A stretch of 64,000 bases of DNA from Halanaerobiales bacterium (GCA_034521955.1 JAXHLT010000006.1:65528-129527); one strand, 5' to 3'; numbered from the stretch's first letter, positions 18,773 through 28,329 are shown. Numbers and translations are program-made. Notes: generated by a model from the sequence alone, not told the origin.

Positions 18773-19956
18773 TAAAAATGAATGAAAAGAAAAAAGTATT
18801 AGTAATAAGTAATGGTCATGGGGAAGATATAATTTCTTCTAATTTAATAAAGTCATTATATAAAAATTTTAAAACAGATGAATTAGAAATTGATGTATTT
18901 CCTTTTGTAGGAGAAGGTAAAGACTTTAATAGTTTAGATGTAAATAAGATTGGTCCAACTGTAAAATTACCAAGTGGAGGTTTTGCAAGAAACAGCCTTT
19001 CTAATTTATGGAAAGATTTAAAGGCTGGTCTTTTATCTAATACTTTCAAACAGATCAAAACTTTAAGAAAAGCCAAAAATTCATATGAGTCAACTATTGT
19101 TGTAGGAGACGTCTATATACTTTTTCTTACAGGTTTTTTTAAAGGTGGTAATATTATATTTTTACCAACAGCTAAGTCTGAATATATTGATGGCCATTAT
19201 AAAATAGAAAAAAATATTATGAGAAAATATGCAAGTTTAGTACTGCCTCGTGATAAGAAAACCAAAGATGATCTTATTCAATATGGTATTAATGCAGAAT
19301 TTTATGGTAATCTTATGATGGATTGTTTTGAAATAAAAGATTTAGATTTTCAATTAAAAGATGAAAGTACTAAAATAGGTATATTACCTGGAAGTAGAAA
19401 AGAAGCCTATGATAATATGATAGATTTCATGAAAGTAATTGAAGAGTTAGAAAAGATTGAAACAGGTCAATTTGATTTTTTAACTGCAGTAGCAGGTGGA
19501 TTTTCAATTGATTTATTAAAAAGTAAAGTAATTGATACTTCTTGGGAGATTGAAGATTGTGATCAAAATTATACTAAGTTAAAATTACACTCTCCAAAAG
19601 GAAATAATATTATACATATAATTTTTAATGGTTTTGGTGATGTATTAGATCAAGCAAAATTATTTTTAGGAATGGCTGGAACAGCTAATGAACAAGCTGC
19701 AGGAATGGGTAAACCGGTGATAATTTTTCCGGGGACTGGAGCTCAGTTTGATTATGAATTCGCAGCTGATCAAAAGCGACTTTTAGGTGATGGAGTAAAA
19801 TTTTTAGAAAGAAACTTTAAAAACGTTGCATATTCAATATTAGAATTATTAGAAGATAAAGAGGAATACAAAAAAAGAAGTAAATTTGGAAAAACAAGAA
19901 TGGGAGAAAGAGGAGTCATAGATAAAACTTCACAGAAGATATTAGAGTATTTGTAG
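18769..19956 (+). CDS. Lipid-A-disaccharide synthase-related protein (second GT19-like paralog)
   Basis: N-terminal VLVISNGHGED and central GILPGSRKEAY motifs, recalled from the LpxB-related family. ATGA overlap with the msbA stop. Confidence 0.5.
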   Translation: MIKMNEKKKVLVISNGHGEDIISSNLIKSLYKNFKTDELEIDVFPFVGEGKDFNSLDVNKIGPTVKLPSGGFARNSLSNLWKDLKAGLLSNTFKQIKTLRKAKNSYESTIVVGDVYILFLTGFFKGGNIIFLPTAKSEYIDGHYKIEKNIMRKYASLVLPRDKKTKDDLIQYGINAEFYGNLMMDCFEIKDLDFQLKDESTKIGILPGSRKEAYDNMIDFMKVIEELEKIETGQFDFLTAVAGGFSIDLLKSKVIDTSWEIEDCDQNYTKLKLHSPKGNNIIHIIFNGFGDVLDQAKLFLGMAGTANEQAAGMGKPVIIFPGTGAQFDYEFAADQKRLLGDGVKFLERNFKNVAYSILELLEDKEEYKKRSKFGKTRMGERGVIDKTSQKILEYL

Positions 19957-19968
19957 AAAGGTGATTAG

Positions 19969-21073
19969 ATGGAAAAGCTAGCTAAAAAATGGGAAAGAAT
20001 AATGGGATTTACATTAAATATAAATCCAGGTTTTGCTCTTTTAAGTATTTTAGTACTATCACCATTAAGGTTTAAAAGACTAAAAAAAGTTAAATGGAAT
20101 AAAATTAATTTATATTTGTGGGCAGGCTTGTTTGTTTCGGGTATAATTAGTGTTATTAATGCTTATGATACAAATTTAGCAGTTACTTCTTTTTTGATAC
20201 CGTTTGTGTTTATTTGGTTATATATAATGGGTAAATATTTTATAGATAAACCAGTTGTTTTTTTAAAAGATGTGATTAGAGGTACAGTGATTTTAGCAAT
20301 AATTACTCTATTAGCAGATTACTTTTCATGGAGAGTTGTTTATAAAGGATTTGAGCTTATTAATGGTAATGGTCGAGCAAATATTTTGGGTATTGGAGAT
20401 AATGGGTTAGGAGTTATAATTCAGGCGGGAATTATTGGTTCTTTAGGATTTTTAATTATAGTAAAAGATAAAAAAGAAAAACTAATTTATCTTTTATATA
20501 TCATATTATCATTAGGGGCATTAATAATAACTAGCTCAAGAGGAGCAATGGTTGGAACAGCTGCCGGAAGTTTTATTTTAACTTTATTAATTTCCTGGAA
20601 AGTAATAGCTGTCTTAACAGCATTAGTTGTGGTAGCATTAGTTGCAGATAACAGTTTTTATAGAAGAGTAATTTCTATATTTTCTCTTGAAGATAGAAGT
20701 AATTTTATGAGAATCAAAATATATGAAGGAACATGGAAATTACTTAAAGATCACTTATTTTTTGGGGTAGGACCTGGCAATTTTGAAACGGTCTATCCTC
20801 AATATAGAGTACCAGGAGAAACCCTACATGCTATGACACCACATAATAATTATCTTAATATTATTACTGGCTGGGGTATAATTGGAGGGCTATTCTTTTT
20901 TGGTTGGATTTTTTATACAATTGCAAAAAATATTTTTTATTCTAATAATAAATATAAAAAGATTATTGCTGCTATCTTAATTAGGTTTTTGGGTACATGT
21001 TATGTTTAATGATCTTGCAACAGTTTATTCTGCAGTTCTAATGGGTTTATTAGATAATGAAAATTTAAAATAA
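19969..21073 (+). pseudogene. O-antigen ligase/polymerase (Wzy_C, WaaL-like) protein with a +1 frame break at the T run 20986..20990
   Basis: Polytopic protein with TSSRGAMVG and HAMTPHNNYLNIITGWGIIGG motifs. The 0-frame stops at 21009. The +1 frame continues FWVHVMFNDLATVYSAVLMGLLDNENLK to the TAA at 21071..21073, just before a strong terminator. Confidence 0.6.
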
Positions 21074-21095
21074 ACATAATATTAATAATAACTTT

Positions 21096-21127
21096 AAAAA
21101 GCCAGCTTTTAGGCTGGTTTTTTTATT
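21096..21127 (+). terminator. Intrinsic terminator
   Basis: AAAAAGCCAGC / GCTGGTTTTT hairpin followed by a T run. Confidence 0.8.
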
Positions 21128-21177
21128 TGATGTAAATACTTAACAGAATAAAAAAATACTCTTTGATAAGATAACAT

Positions 21178-22437
21178 ATGATTAAAACTAAGGAGGGACC
21201 TAAAATTACAGCAAATAATAAGAAAGTATATTTCATATTTTTATGGCATGGAGCTTTTTTAGCTCTAACAATGGCAATGATAGATCTTAACACAGTATTG
21301 CCTTCCTTAATATCTGAACTGACTAGCTCTAAAATAATTTTTGGTTTACTTTATTCAATGATTTTAGGAGTACCAAGGATATTTAATATTATTTTCAGTC
21401 ATTATTTAAGTTATGTAAAGTACAAAAAAAAGATATTGATTTCCGGAATTTATCTTAGAGCTATTTCATTTTTGGGTATGGCAGTTACAACATTTTATTA
21501 TGGTAAAAACAACCCTTCTATAGTAGTTTTCTCATTTTTCATCTGGATATTTTTATTTTCAATTAGTGGTGGATTTGCATCTTTATCTTACAATGAAATA
21601 ATAGGTAAACTAACTACAAAGGGAGATCGTGAAAAAATATTTGCTGCAAAGCAGTTTGTTGCAAGTGTGATGGCTTTTTCAGGTGGTATGATAGTTAAGT
21701 ATATATTTTCACCTGGAAACTATGAATTTCCTAATAACTATAGTATATTGTTATTCATTGGTTTTATTGGTCTTATTGTAGCAGCATTTTCTTTTTGGAC
21801 AATTGATGAAAAACCATCTGTTGTTAATGAAAAGAAGATGAAGTTAACTCATTTTATAAAGAAAGTTCCCGCAATCTTAAAAAATGATCCCAGATTTTTA
21901 AAGTTCGTCTTAATTGAAAATCTTTCAAGCTTTAGTTTGATGGTACTACCCTTTTATATGGTTTTTGCAAACGATACTTTTAATTTATCAAGTGAGTATG
22001 TAGGTACTTTTCTATTATTTCAAATAACTGGTATGGTACTTTCAAATCTATTCTGGGGCTATATTGGTAATAAAAGGAGTGCAAGGTATGTAGTTAGAAT
22101 TTGTATTTTAATTGGAGCTGCAATACCTATATTAGCCTTAATTGCTGGTAGATTAAGTCCGGAAATATATAAGTATTTATTCTTATTAGTTGGATTTGTA
22201 ATAAGTGGAAGAAAGATAGGGTTTACACCTTATCTACTTGATATAACACCTACAGAGAATAGAACAGTATATTTAGGAATCCGTGACAGTTTAAATATAT
22301 TAGTAATCATTTTACCCTTAATAGGTGGAGTACTGATTAATCTATTAGGTTATACAATAACATTTACTTTGGTATCAATAGTAATGCTGACAGCCTTTTT
22401 TACAGAAAAAAGTAATAAATGTATTTTATTGCACTAA
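21178..22437 (+). CDS. MFS-type transporter
   Basis: 419 aa, ~12 predicted TM helices in two halves with a central cytoplasmic loop. No substrate call is possible. Confidence 0.65.
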   Translation: MIKTKEGPKITANNKKVYFIFLWHGAFLALTMAMIDLNTVLPSLISELTSSKIIFGLLYSMILGVPRIFNIIFSHYLSYVKYKKKILISGIYLRAISFLGMAVTTFYYGKNNPSIVVFSFFIWIFLFSISGGFASLSYNEIIGKLTTKGDREKIFAAKQFVASVMAFSGGMIVKYIFSPGNYEFPNNYSILLFIGFIGLIVAAFSFWTIDEKPSVVNEKKMKLTHFIKKVPAILKNDPRFLKFVLIENLSSFSLMVLPFYMVFANDTFNLSSEYVGTFLLFQITGMVLSNLFWGYIGNKRSARYVVRICILIGAAIPILALIAGRLSPEIYKYLFLLVGFVISGRKIGFTPYLLDITPTENRTVYLGIRDSLNILVIILPLIGGVLINLLGYTITFTLVSIVMLTAFFTEKSNKCILLH

Positions 22438-22473
22438 GTCATGTATTATGTTAATATATATTTAGATGTATAA

Positions 22474-22488
22474 TGAGAATGAATATCA
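22474..22488 (+). promoter_or_regulatory. Fur-box candidate overlapping a -10 element upstream of feoA
   Basis: TGAGAAT-G-AATATCA matches the 7-1-7 Fur consensus TGATAAT-N-ATTATCA at 12/14 positions. TATAAT lies at 22469..22474. Confidence 0.45.
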
Positions 22489-22513
22489 ATATATATTAGG
22501 AGATGATCTAATT

Positions 22514-22761
22514 ATGGGTGATAAAATAGTATCGTTATCCTTTATTAAAGAAGGAGAAAGTGGAGTTATATATATGATTTTAAAGGTGGAGAAAAGTTTA
22601 GAAAAAAGTTAGATTCATTGGGAATTAGAAAAGATAAGAAAATAAAAAAGGTAAGTGATATGGTATTAAAGGGACCTATTACAATACAGATTGAAAATAG
22701 TTCCCGTATAGCTATAGGCAGAGGTATGGCTGAAAAAATAATGGTTAGGATAGATAATTAA
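22514..22761 (+). pseudogene. feoA: Ferrous iron transport protein A, frame broken in a (TA)n run (22567..22575)
   Basis: The 0-frame gives MGDKIVSLSFIKEGESGVIY and then stops at 22610..22612. The other frame continues DFKGGEKFRKKLDSLGIRKDKKI...IAIGRGMAEKIMVRIDN*. Removing 2 nt restores an 81 aa FeoA. TAATG overlap with feoB. Confidence 0.7.
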
Positions 22762-24570
22762 TGAAAAAAGTACTATTAATGGGGAATCCAAATGTCGGAA
22801 AAAGTGTAATTTTTTCAAGACTAACAGGTACCAGTGTAACTTCTTCAAATTATTCTGGAACAACTGTTGAATATAAAAAGGGTCTTTTTAAACATAATGA
22901 TGAAAATATTGAATTAATAGATGTTCCTGGAACTTATACCTTAGATCCTACTAATAAAGCTGAAGAAGTTGCAGTTGAAATGCTTAAAGAAGGGGACCTT
23001 GTTTTTAATGTTATAGATGCAACAAACTTAGAAAGAAATCTTAATTTAACTTTACAGCTTTTAGAAAAAGATATACCGGTTGTAATACTTTTAAATATGT
23101 GGGATGAGACTAAACACAAAGGAATAAATATTAATTTAGATAAAATTGAAAGAAGAACTTAAAGTTCCAGTTATTCCAACTATAGCTACAACGGGTAATG
23201 GACTTAAAGAAGCATTAGATCATCTTGATTATGAGAAGATAAAGGATTTTAAAGAGTTAACTGTAGATCAAAGGTGGAAAAAAATTGGTCATTTAATTAA
23301 TGAAGTACAAAAAATTGATCATAAACATCATTCTAAAAGAGAATTAATTGAAGAATATACCTTAAAACCGTTAACAGGTATTCCAATTGCCGCATTTGTT
23401 CTATATCTCACCTTTGTAGTGATAAGATTTATTGGTGAAGGGTTAATTGGATACATAGCTGAACCTATTTTTGAAGGTCCTTATCGTTCTTTTTTGATTT
23501 TAATTAGTAACTTTTTAAATGAAGGTGGTTTCTTACACGATTTATTTATAGGTCAGCTGGTTAATGGTCAAATCGATTTTGAACAGTCCTTTGGTCTTTT
23601 AACAACCGGTATATTTATACCTTTTGCTGCTGTTTTGCCTTATATAATATCTTTTTATTTTGTTTTAAGTATTTTAGAGGATTCCGGATATTTACCCAGA
23701 CTAGCAGTTTTGGTAGATAACTTAATGCATAAAGTGGGTTTACATGGATTTTCAATAATACCAATGATTTTAGGTTTTGGTTGTAATGTTCCTGCTGCAC
23801 TAGCTGCCCGTAATCTGGACAGTAAAAGAGAAAAGTTTATTGCAAGTACATTGATGTCGATATCCATACCATGTATGGCTCAAACTGCAATGATTATCGG
23901 ACTTGTTGGTGCATTTGGCGGTAGATATGTAGCTTATGTATTTGCAGCATTATTTGTGGTCTGGATATTTGTTGGTCTGCTTTTAAACTACTTTATGCCT
24001 GGTTATTCAAGTGATCTATTAATAGAAATACCAACATTAAGGTTACCTGTAATTTCAATTGTATTTAAAAAACTGTGGATGAGAACTAAAAACTTTTTAA
24101 AAGAGGCAATCCCCTTTGTTTTATTAGGTGTACTAGCTGTTAATATTATGTATGCTCTTGGATTTTTTGATTTTTTAACTAAATTTTTAGGTCCACTTTT
24201 TTCAACACTTTTTGGACTACCCAAAGAGGTAATTTCAGCATTACTTATGGGTTTTTTAAGAAAAGACCTTGCAATGGGAATGTTAGCACCTTTAGATTTA
24301 ACAATAAAACAGTTAGTTGTGGCAAGTACAATCTTAACAGTCTATTTCCCCTGTGTAGCAACCTTTATAATCTTGTTTAAAGAGTTAGGATTAAAGGATA
24401 TGTTAAAATCAGCTTCAGTTATGGTTTTAACAGCAATAACCGTTGGAACAGTTTTAAATATTGGTTTTAATTCAATTTATTCAATTACTATCACCTTAGT
24501 TTTAATTATTTTATTAATTTTAATTTTATATAGATTAACAAGTAAAAAGCATCAAAGAATTATAGACTAA
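22761..24570 (+). pseudogene. feoB: Ferrous iron transporter B, +1 frame break inside the G domain at A4 (23142..23145)
   Basis: G1 GNPNVGKS and G4 NMWD lie in ORF 22761..23162. The rest of the G domain (VPVIPTIATTGNGL) and the polytopic permease lie in ORF 23146..24570, in the +1 frame. Confidence 0.8.
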
Positions 24571-24586
24571 AAGGAGGTCTTTAAAA

Positions 24587-25441
24587 ATGTATACTGTATC
24601 AGAAGGTAAGATTAAGTTAGAACATGGTTCAATAAGTGAAGGTTTAATAGCAATAGCGAGTGGTAAAGGTGGAGTTGGTAAATCAACCGTAACAGCAAAT
24701 TTAGCCGTTGCCTTACAAAAAAGCGGTAAAAAAGTAGGTATAATAGACGCTGATGTTCATGGATTTAGTATTCCAAGAATAATTGGTATAGAAGATGAAG
24801 TAAGAGTGGAACAAGAATCGGAATTAATTCACCCTGCTGAAAAGATGGGTGTTAAAGTAATATCAATGGGCTCATTTGTACATGAACAAAACCCTGTAAT
24901 CTGGAGAAGCCCATTACTATTAGGCGCCTTACAGCAGTTCTTTAAAGATGTACTCTGGGGTGATTTAGACTATTTACTTTTAGACTTACCACCTGGAACA
25001 GGAGATATGGTTTTAAATATTATGCAGAAACTTCCTCATGCTAGAACACTGATAGTAACTACTCCTCAGGTTACTGCAACAAATGTGGCAGGAAGAGTAG
25101 GACATATGGCTGAAAAGATGGATTCAGATATCCTAGGAATTGTCGAAAATATGGCATATTATGAATGTTCAGAATGTGGAAACAAGGAATATATATTTGG
25201 TAAAGGTGGAGGAAAAAAATTAGCCGAGCTTTTAAATGTTGACCTAATAGGACAACTACCCTTAATGAAACATGTTAGAGAAGGTGGAGATCAGGGTAAT
25301 CCAGTTGTAAATAAAGATAACAATGATGATATAAGCAATGAGTTTATAAAAATTGCTGAAGAAGTTATAAAAAGGAAAAAAGAATTTGATCCAAGTGAAA
25401 AACCAATGGTATTAGAAGGTGGACCTGGACAAGATCAATAA
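24587..25441 (+). CDS. Mrp/ApbC/NBP35-family Fe-S cluster carrier ATPase
   Basis: Deviant Walker A SGKGGVGKST, DLPPGTGD motif, and a CxxC pair in YYECSECG. Confidence 0.8.
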   Translation: MYTVSEGKIKLEHGSISEGLIAIASGKGGVGKSTVTANLAVALQKSGKKVGIIDADVHGFSIPRIIGIEDEVRVEQESELIHPAEKMGVKVISMGSFVHEQNPVIWRSPLLLGALQQFFKDVLWGDLDYLLLDLPPGTGDMVLNIMQKLPHARTLIVTTPQVTATNVAGRVGHMAEKMDSDILGIVENMAYYECSECGNKEYIFGKGGGKKLAELLNVDLIGQLPLMKHVREGGDQGNPVVNKDNNDDISNEFIKIAEEVIKRKKEFDPSEKPMVLEGGPGQDQ

Positions 25442-25455
25442 ATAATTATAAAAAA

Positions 25456-25484
25456 TGCATCTGGATAATACCAGGTGTATTTTT
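25456..25484 (+). terminator. Intrinsic terminator candidate
   Basis: CATCTGG / CCAGGTG stem (one G-U pair) with loop ATAATA, followed by a T-rich tract. Confidence 0.55.
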
Positions 25485-25560
25485 ATTTTAAAAAGGGATT
25501 TTGTATTTCAATCAAGAATAAATAAAAAAAGAATATCACAATTTAATGGGGGTTGGCAGG

Positions 25561-26844
25561 ATGAATATACTGCAGGAATTTGTAAATCAAGAACTGGACT
25601 TGGCAAATGGTTGTACAGAACCGGCTGCTGTAGCTTATGCTGTAGCAAGAGCTTCCGAATTCTCAGAAGGAAAACTTAAAAAAATAATTGTTAAAATGGA
25701 CGGTTATGTATACAAAAACGGTATGAGAACAGGTATTCCAGGTACCAAAATGTATGGTGGTAATAAGCTTGCTGCTGCCCTCGGTTACTTTATTAAAAAC
25801 TCTGGTGATAAGAAGTTAACACTTCTAAATGGGTTAAATGAAAGTATATTAAAAAAAGCAGGAGATATTTTAGAATTAGTTGAATTAAAAGTTATAAAAG
25901 GACAAAAAGATTTATTAATCAAAGCAACGATAATTGGTGATAATATTGTAGAAAGTGTAATTGAAGATGACCATACAAACTTAGTTGAAATAAGTGTTAA
26001 TGGAGATTCAATTTATAAGAAGATAGACCAAAACGAAGAAAATACTGTTGAATTTAACTTAAAAAATGAAATCAAGAAGTTAAATATAAATGAGTTAATA
26101 GATTTAGTTGAAAAGCAGTTTGATAGTTCAATTGAAAATTATCTTAAACAAGGGTATACTATAAATAAGAAGTTAGCTGTTACAGGTTTGGATAAAGAAG
26201 GCTGTGGAATAGGCAGAAGTTATAAAAAAACAGCTAAAGGTGATTTTATTAGAAATACTGCAGCTGAGATTGCTGCTGGTATTGATGCAAGAATGGGAGG
26301 GGCTAAGCTGCCTGCTTTAACTTCTTCTGGTAGTGGTGATCAAGGGATTTTTATAACTTTAGGTACATATATTTCTGGCCAAGAATATAATAAGTCGGAA
26401 AGTAAAGTACTAAAGGCTACATTAATTGCTCATCTCATTGCCTACTTTATTAAAACAAAAATGGGTAAGCTTTCATCATTATGTGGACTATTTACAGCTG
26501 CAGCTCCCGGTTTGTTAGCTGCTTTACTGTATTTACATGACAAAGATGATATGATAGAAGAAGGAATTAATAATTTATATAGTGATTCTGGAGGTATACT
26601 TTGTGATGGTGCAAAAACTAGCTGTGCTTTTAAAGCAATTAGCGCATTTGAATTAGCATTAAGACATTTTCAATTTATAGACAGTGGTCTTGAATGTCCA
26701 CTTCCAACCGGATATATAAACTCCGATTTAAAAAAGACTTTAGAGCATCAGTATGATTTGGTCCATCCAGAGGGTATTTCTGTAAATGATACTTTAATTA
26801 AAACTATTAAAGATAACTTTTCAAAAAAAGGGGCTGATAGTTAA
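25561..26844 (+). CDS. UPF0597/YhaM(CyuA)-like L-cysteine desulfidase family protein
   Basis: N-terminal LANGCTEPAAVAYA and C-terminal GILCDGAKTSCAFK motifs typical of the family. The start could also be 25546. Confidence 0.65.
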   Translation: MNILQEFVNQELDLANGCTEPAAVAYAVARASEFSEGKLKKIIVKMDGYVYKNGMRTGIPGTKMYGGNKLAAALGYFIKNSGDKKLTLLNGLNESILKKAGDILELVELKVIKGQKDLLIKATIIGDNIVESVIEDDHTNLVEISVNGDSIYKKIDQNEENTVEFNLKNEIKKLNINELIDLVEKQFDSSIENYLKQGYTINKKLAVTGLDKEGCGIGRSYKKTAKGDFIRNTAAEIAAGIDARMGGAKLPALTSSGSGDQGIFITLGTYISGQEYNKSESKVLKATLIAHLIAYFIKTKMGKLSSLCGLFTAAAPGLLAALLYLHDKDDMIEEGINNLYSDSGGILCDGAKTSCAFKAISAFELALRHFQFIDSGLECPLPTGYINSDLKKTLEHQYDLVHPEGISVNDTLIKTIKDNFSKKGADS

Positions 26845-28191
26845 TGAAGATAGCTGTTATTGGTGGAGTCGCTGCTGGTACAAGTGCAGCTGCTAAGGCG
26901 AGAAGAACAAATAAGGATGCTGAAATTGTAATATTTGAAAAAGACAAAGATATTTCTTATGCAGCATGTGGACTACCTTATTATATCTCAGGAGTAACTC
27001 CTAAAAGAGAAAAAGTAATAATAAATACTCCTGAAGAGTTTGCTAAAGAATATGATGTAGATGTTAAAGTAGAACATGAAGTAACAAATCTAGATATAGA
27101 AAAAAAGGAATTAACTTTTAAAAATCTAAAAAATGATAAAGAAGATAAATATAATTATGATAAACTGATAATTACAACAGGTGCTAAAGCATTAGTACCT
27201 CCAATTCCAGGAATCGATTTGGAAAACATTTATCCACTTAGGTCAGTACGAGACGCAGACCGTATAAAAGAAAAGGTAAAGGGTAAAAAGAAAGTAACTA
27301 TAATAGGAGCCGGACTTATTGGGTTAGAAATGGCTGAATCTTTCTCAGAATTAAAAAAAGAAGTAACAGTTGTAGAACTACAGGATAAAATATTACCTCC
27401 CTTTAGTGAGGATATCACTAAATATGTGGATAATCACCTTAGAGAACAGGGTGTAAAACTTGTATTAGGTGATGGAGTAAGTAAGTTTTTAGGTGATGGT
27501 TCAGTAAGTGAAGTAGTAACAAGTTCAGGTAAAAAAATTGAATCTGACTTTGTACTACTTTCCTTAGGAATTAGACCAGAAGTTACTTTAGCAAAAGAAG
27601 CCGGAATTAAAATAGGGGGAACCGGTGCAATTGAAGTAAATGAAAAGATGGAAACAAATGTTGATGGTGTATATGCTGCAGGTGACTGTGCAGAAACCGT
27701 TAACTTACTAACAGATGAAAAGACATGGATACCTATGGGTTCTACTGCAAACAAACAGGGTAGAGTTGCTGGTGAAAATGCTGGAGGTGGAAACAACCAC
27801 CACTTTGGAGTATTTCAAACTGCAATCACAAAAATATTTGACTATACAGTTGCTAAAACAGGTTTAGACGAAAATGAAGCAAAAGATGCAGGTTTTGAAC
27901 CAGTAGTAGTTGAAATAACTGGTTCTAATCATGCAAGCTATTTCCCTAACTTCAAAAAAATGAAGATTAGAGGGAGTTTTTGATAAAAAAACTCATAGAA
28001 TTTTAGGAGCTCAAATTGAAGGTGAGTCAAAAGTAGATAAAAGAATTGATGTAATAAGTACTGCAATATACAGTGAACTAACTGCAGAAGACTTATTCCA
28101 GGTAGATCTTGCTTATGCACCACCATATTCAACACCAAAAGATCCAGTGGCAGTATTGGGTATGGTTGCAGAAAAGAAATTAAAAAATTAA
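26844..28191 (+). pseudogene. CoA-disulfide reductase / NADH oxidase family pyridine nucleotide-disulfide oxidoreductase, +1 frame break at 27972..27983
   Basis: FAD motif IGGVAAGTSAAAKA, redox Cys in SYAACGLPY, NAD motif IIGAGLIGLEMA. The 0-frame stops at 27981..27983. The +1 frame continues DKKTHRILGAQIEGESKVDKRIDV...DLAYAPPYSTPKDPV to 28191, the dimerisation domain. Confidence 0.75.
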
Positions 28192-28203
28192 ATAGAATAT
28201 TTT

Positions 28204-28232
28204 AAAGGCAGCTTAAATTAGCTGCCTTTTTT
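28204..28232 (+). terminator. Intrinsic terminator
   Basis: AAAGGCAGC / GCTGCCTTT stem followed by a T run. Confidence 0.85.
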
Positions 28233-28329
28233 AATAACACCTAAATTAAAAACAGGAATTTACTAATTTGCGTTTAAAGTAATTATTGATAGGATATAAT
28301 ATTTAAATACAATACTGGAGGTGATATAT

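Noticed and set aside
22761-24570. Reading the two feoB ORFs as a natural two-gene (split G-domain / permease) FeoB.
   Set aside because: The split falls between G4 (NMWD) and the G5 region inside the GTPase fold, the ORFs overlap by 17 nt, and the second has no RBS. A single extra A explains it.
25455-25679. 74 aa + strand ORF between mrp and the cysteine-desulfidase-like gene.
   Set aside because: It starts inside the mrp terminator hairpin, overlaps the better-supported downstream gene in another frame, has a Cys/Arg-rich nonsense-like composition and has no RBS.
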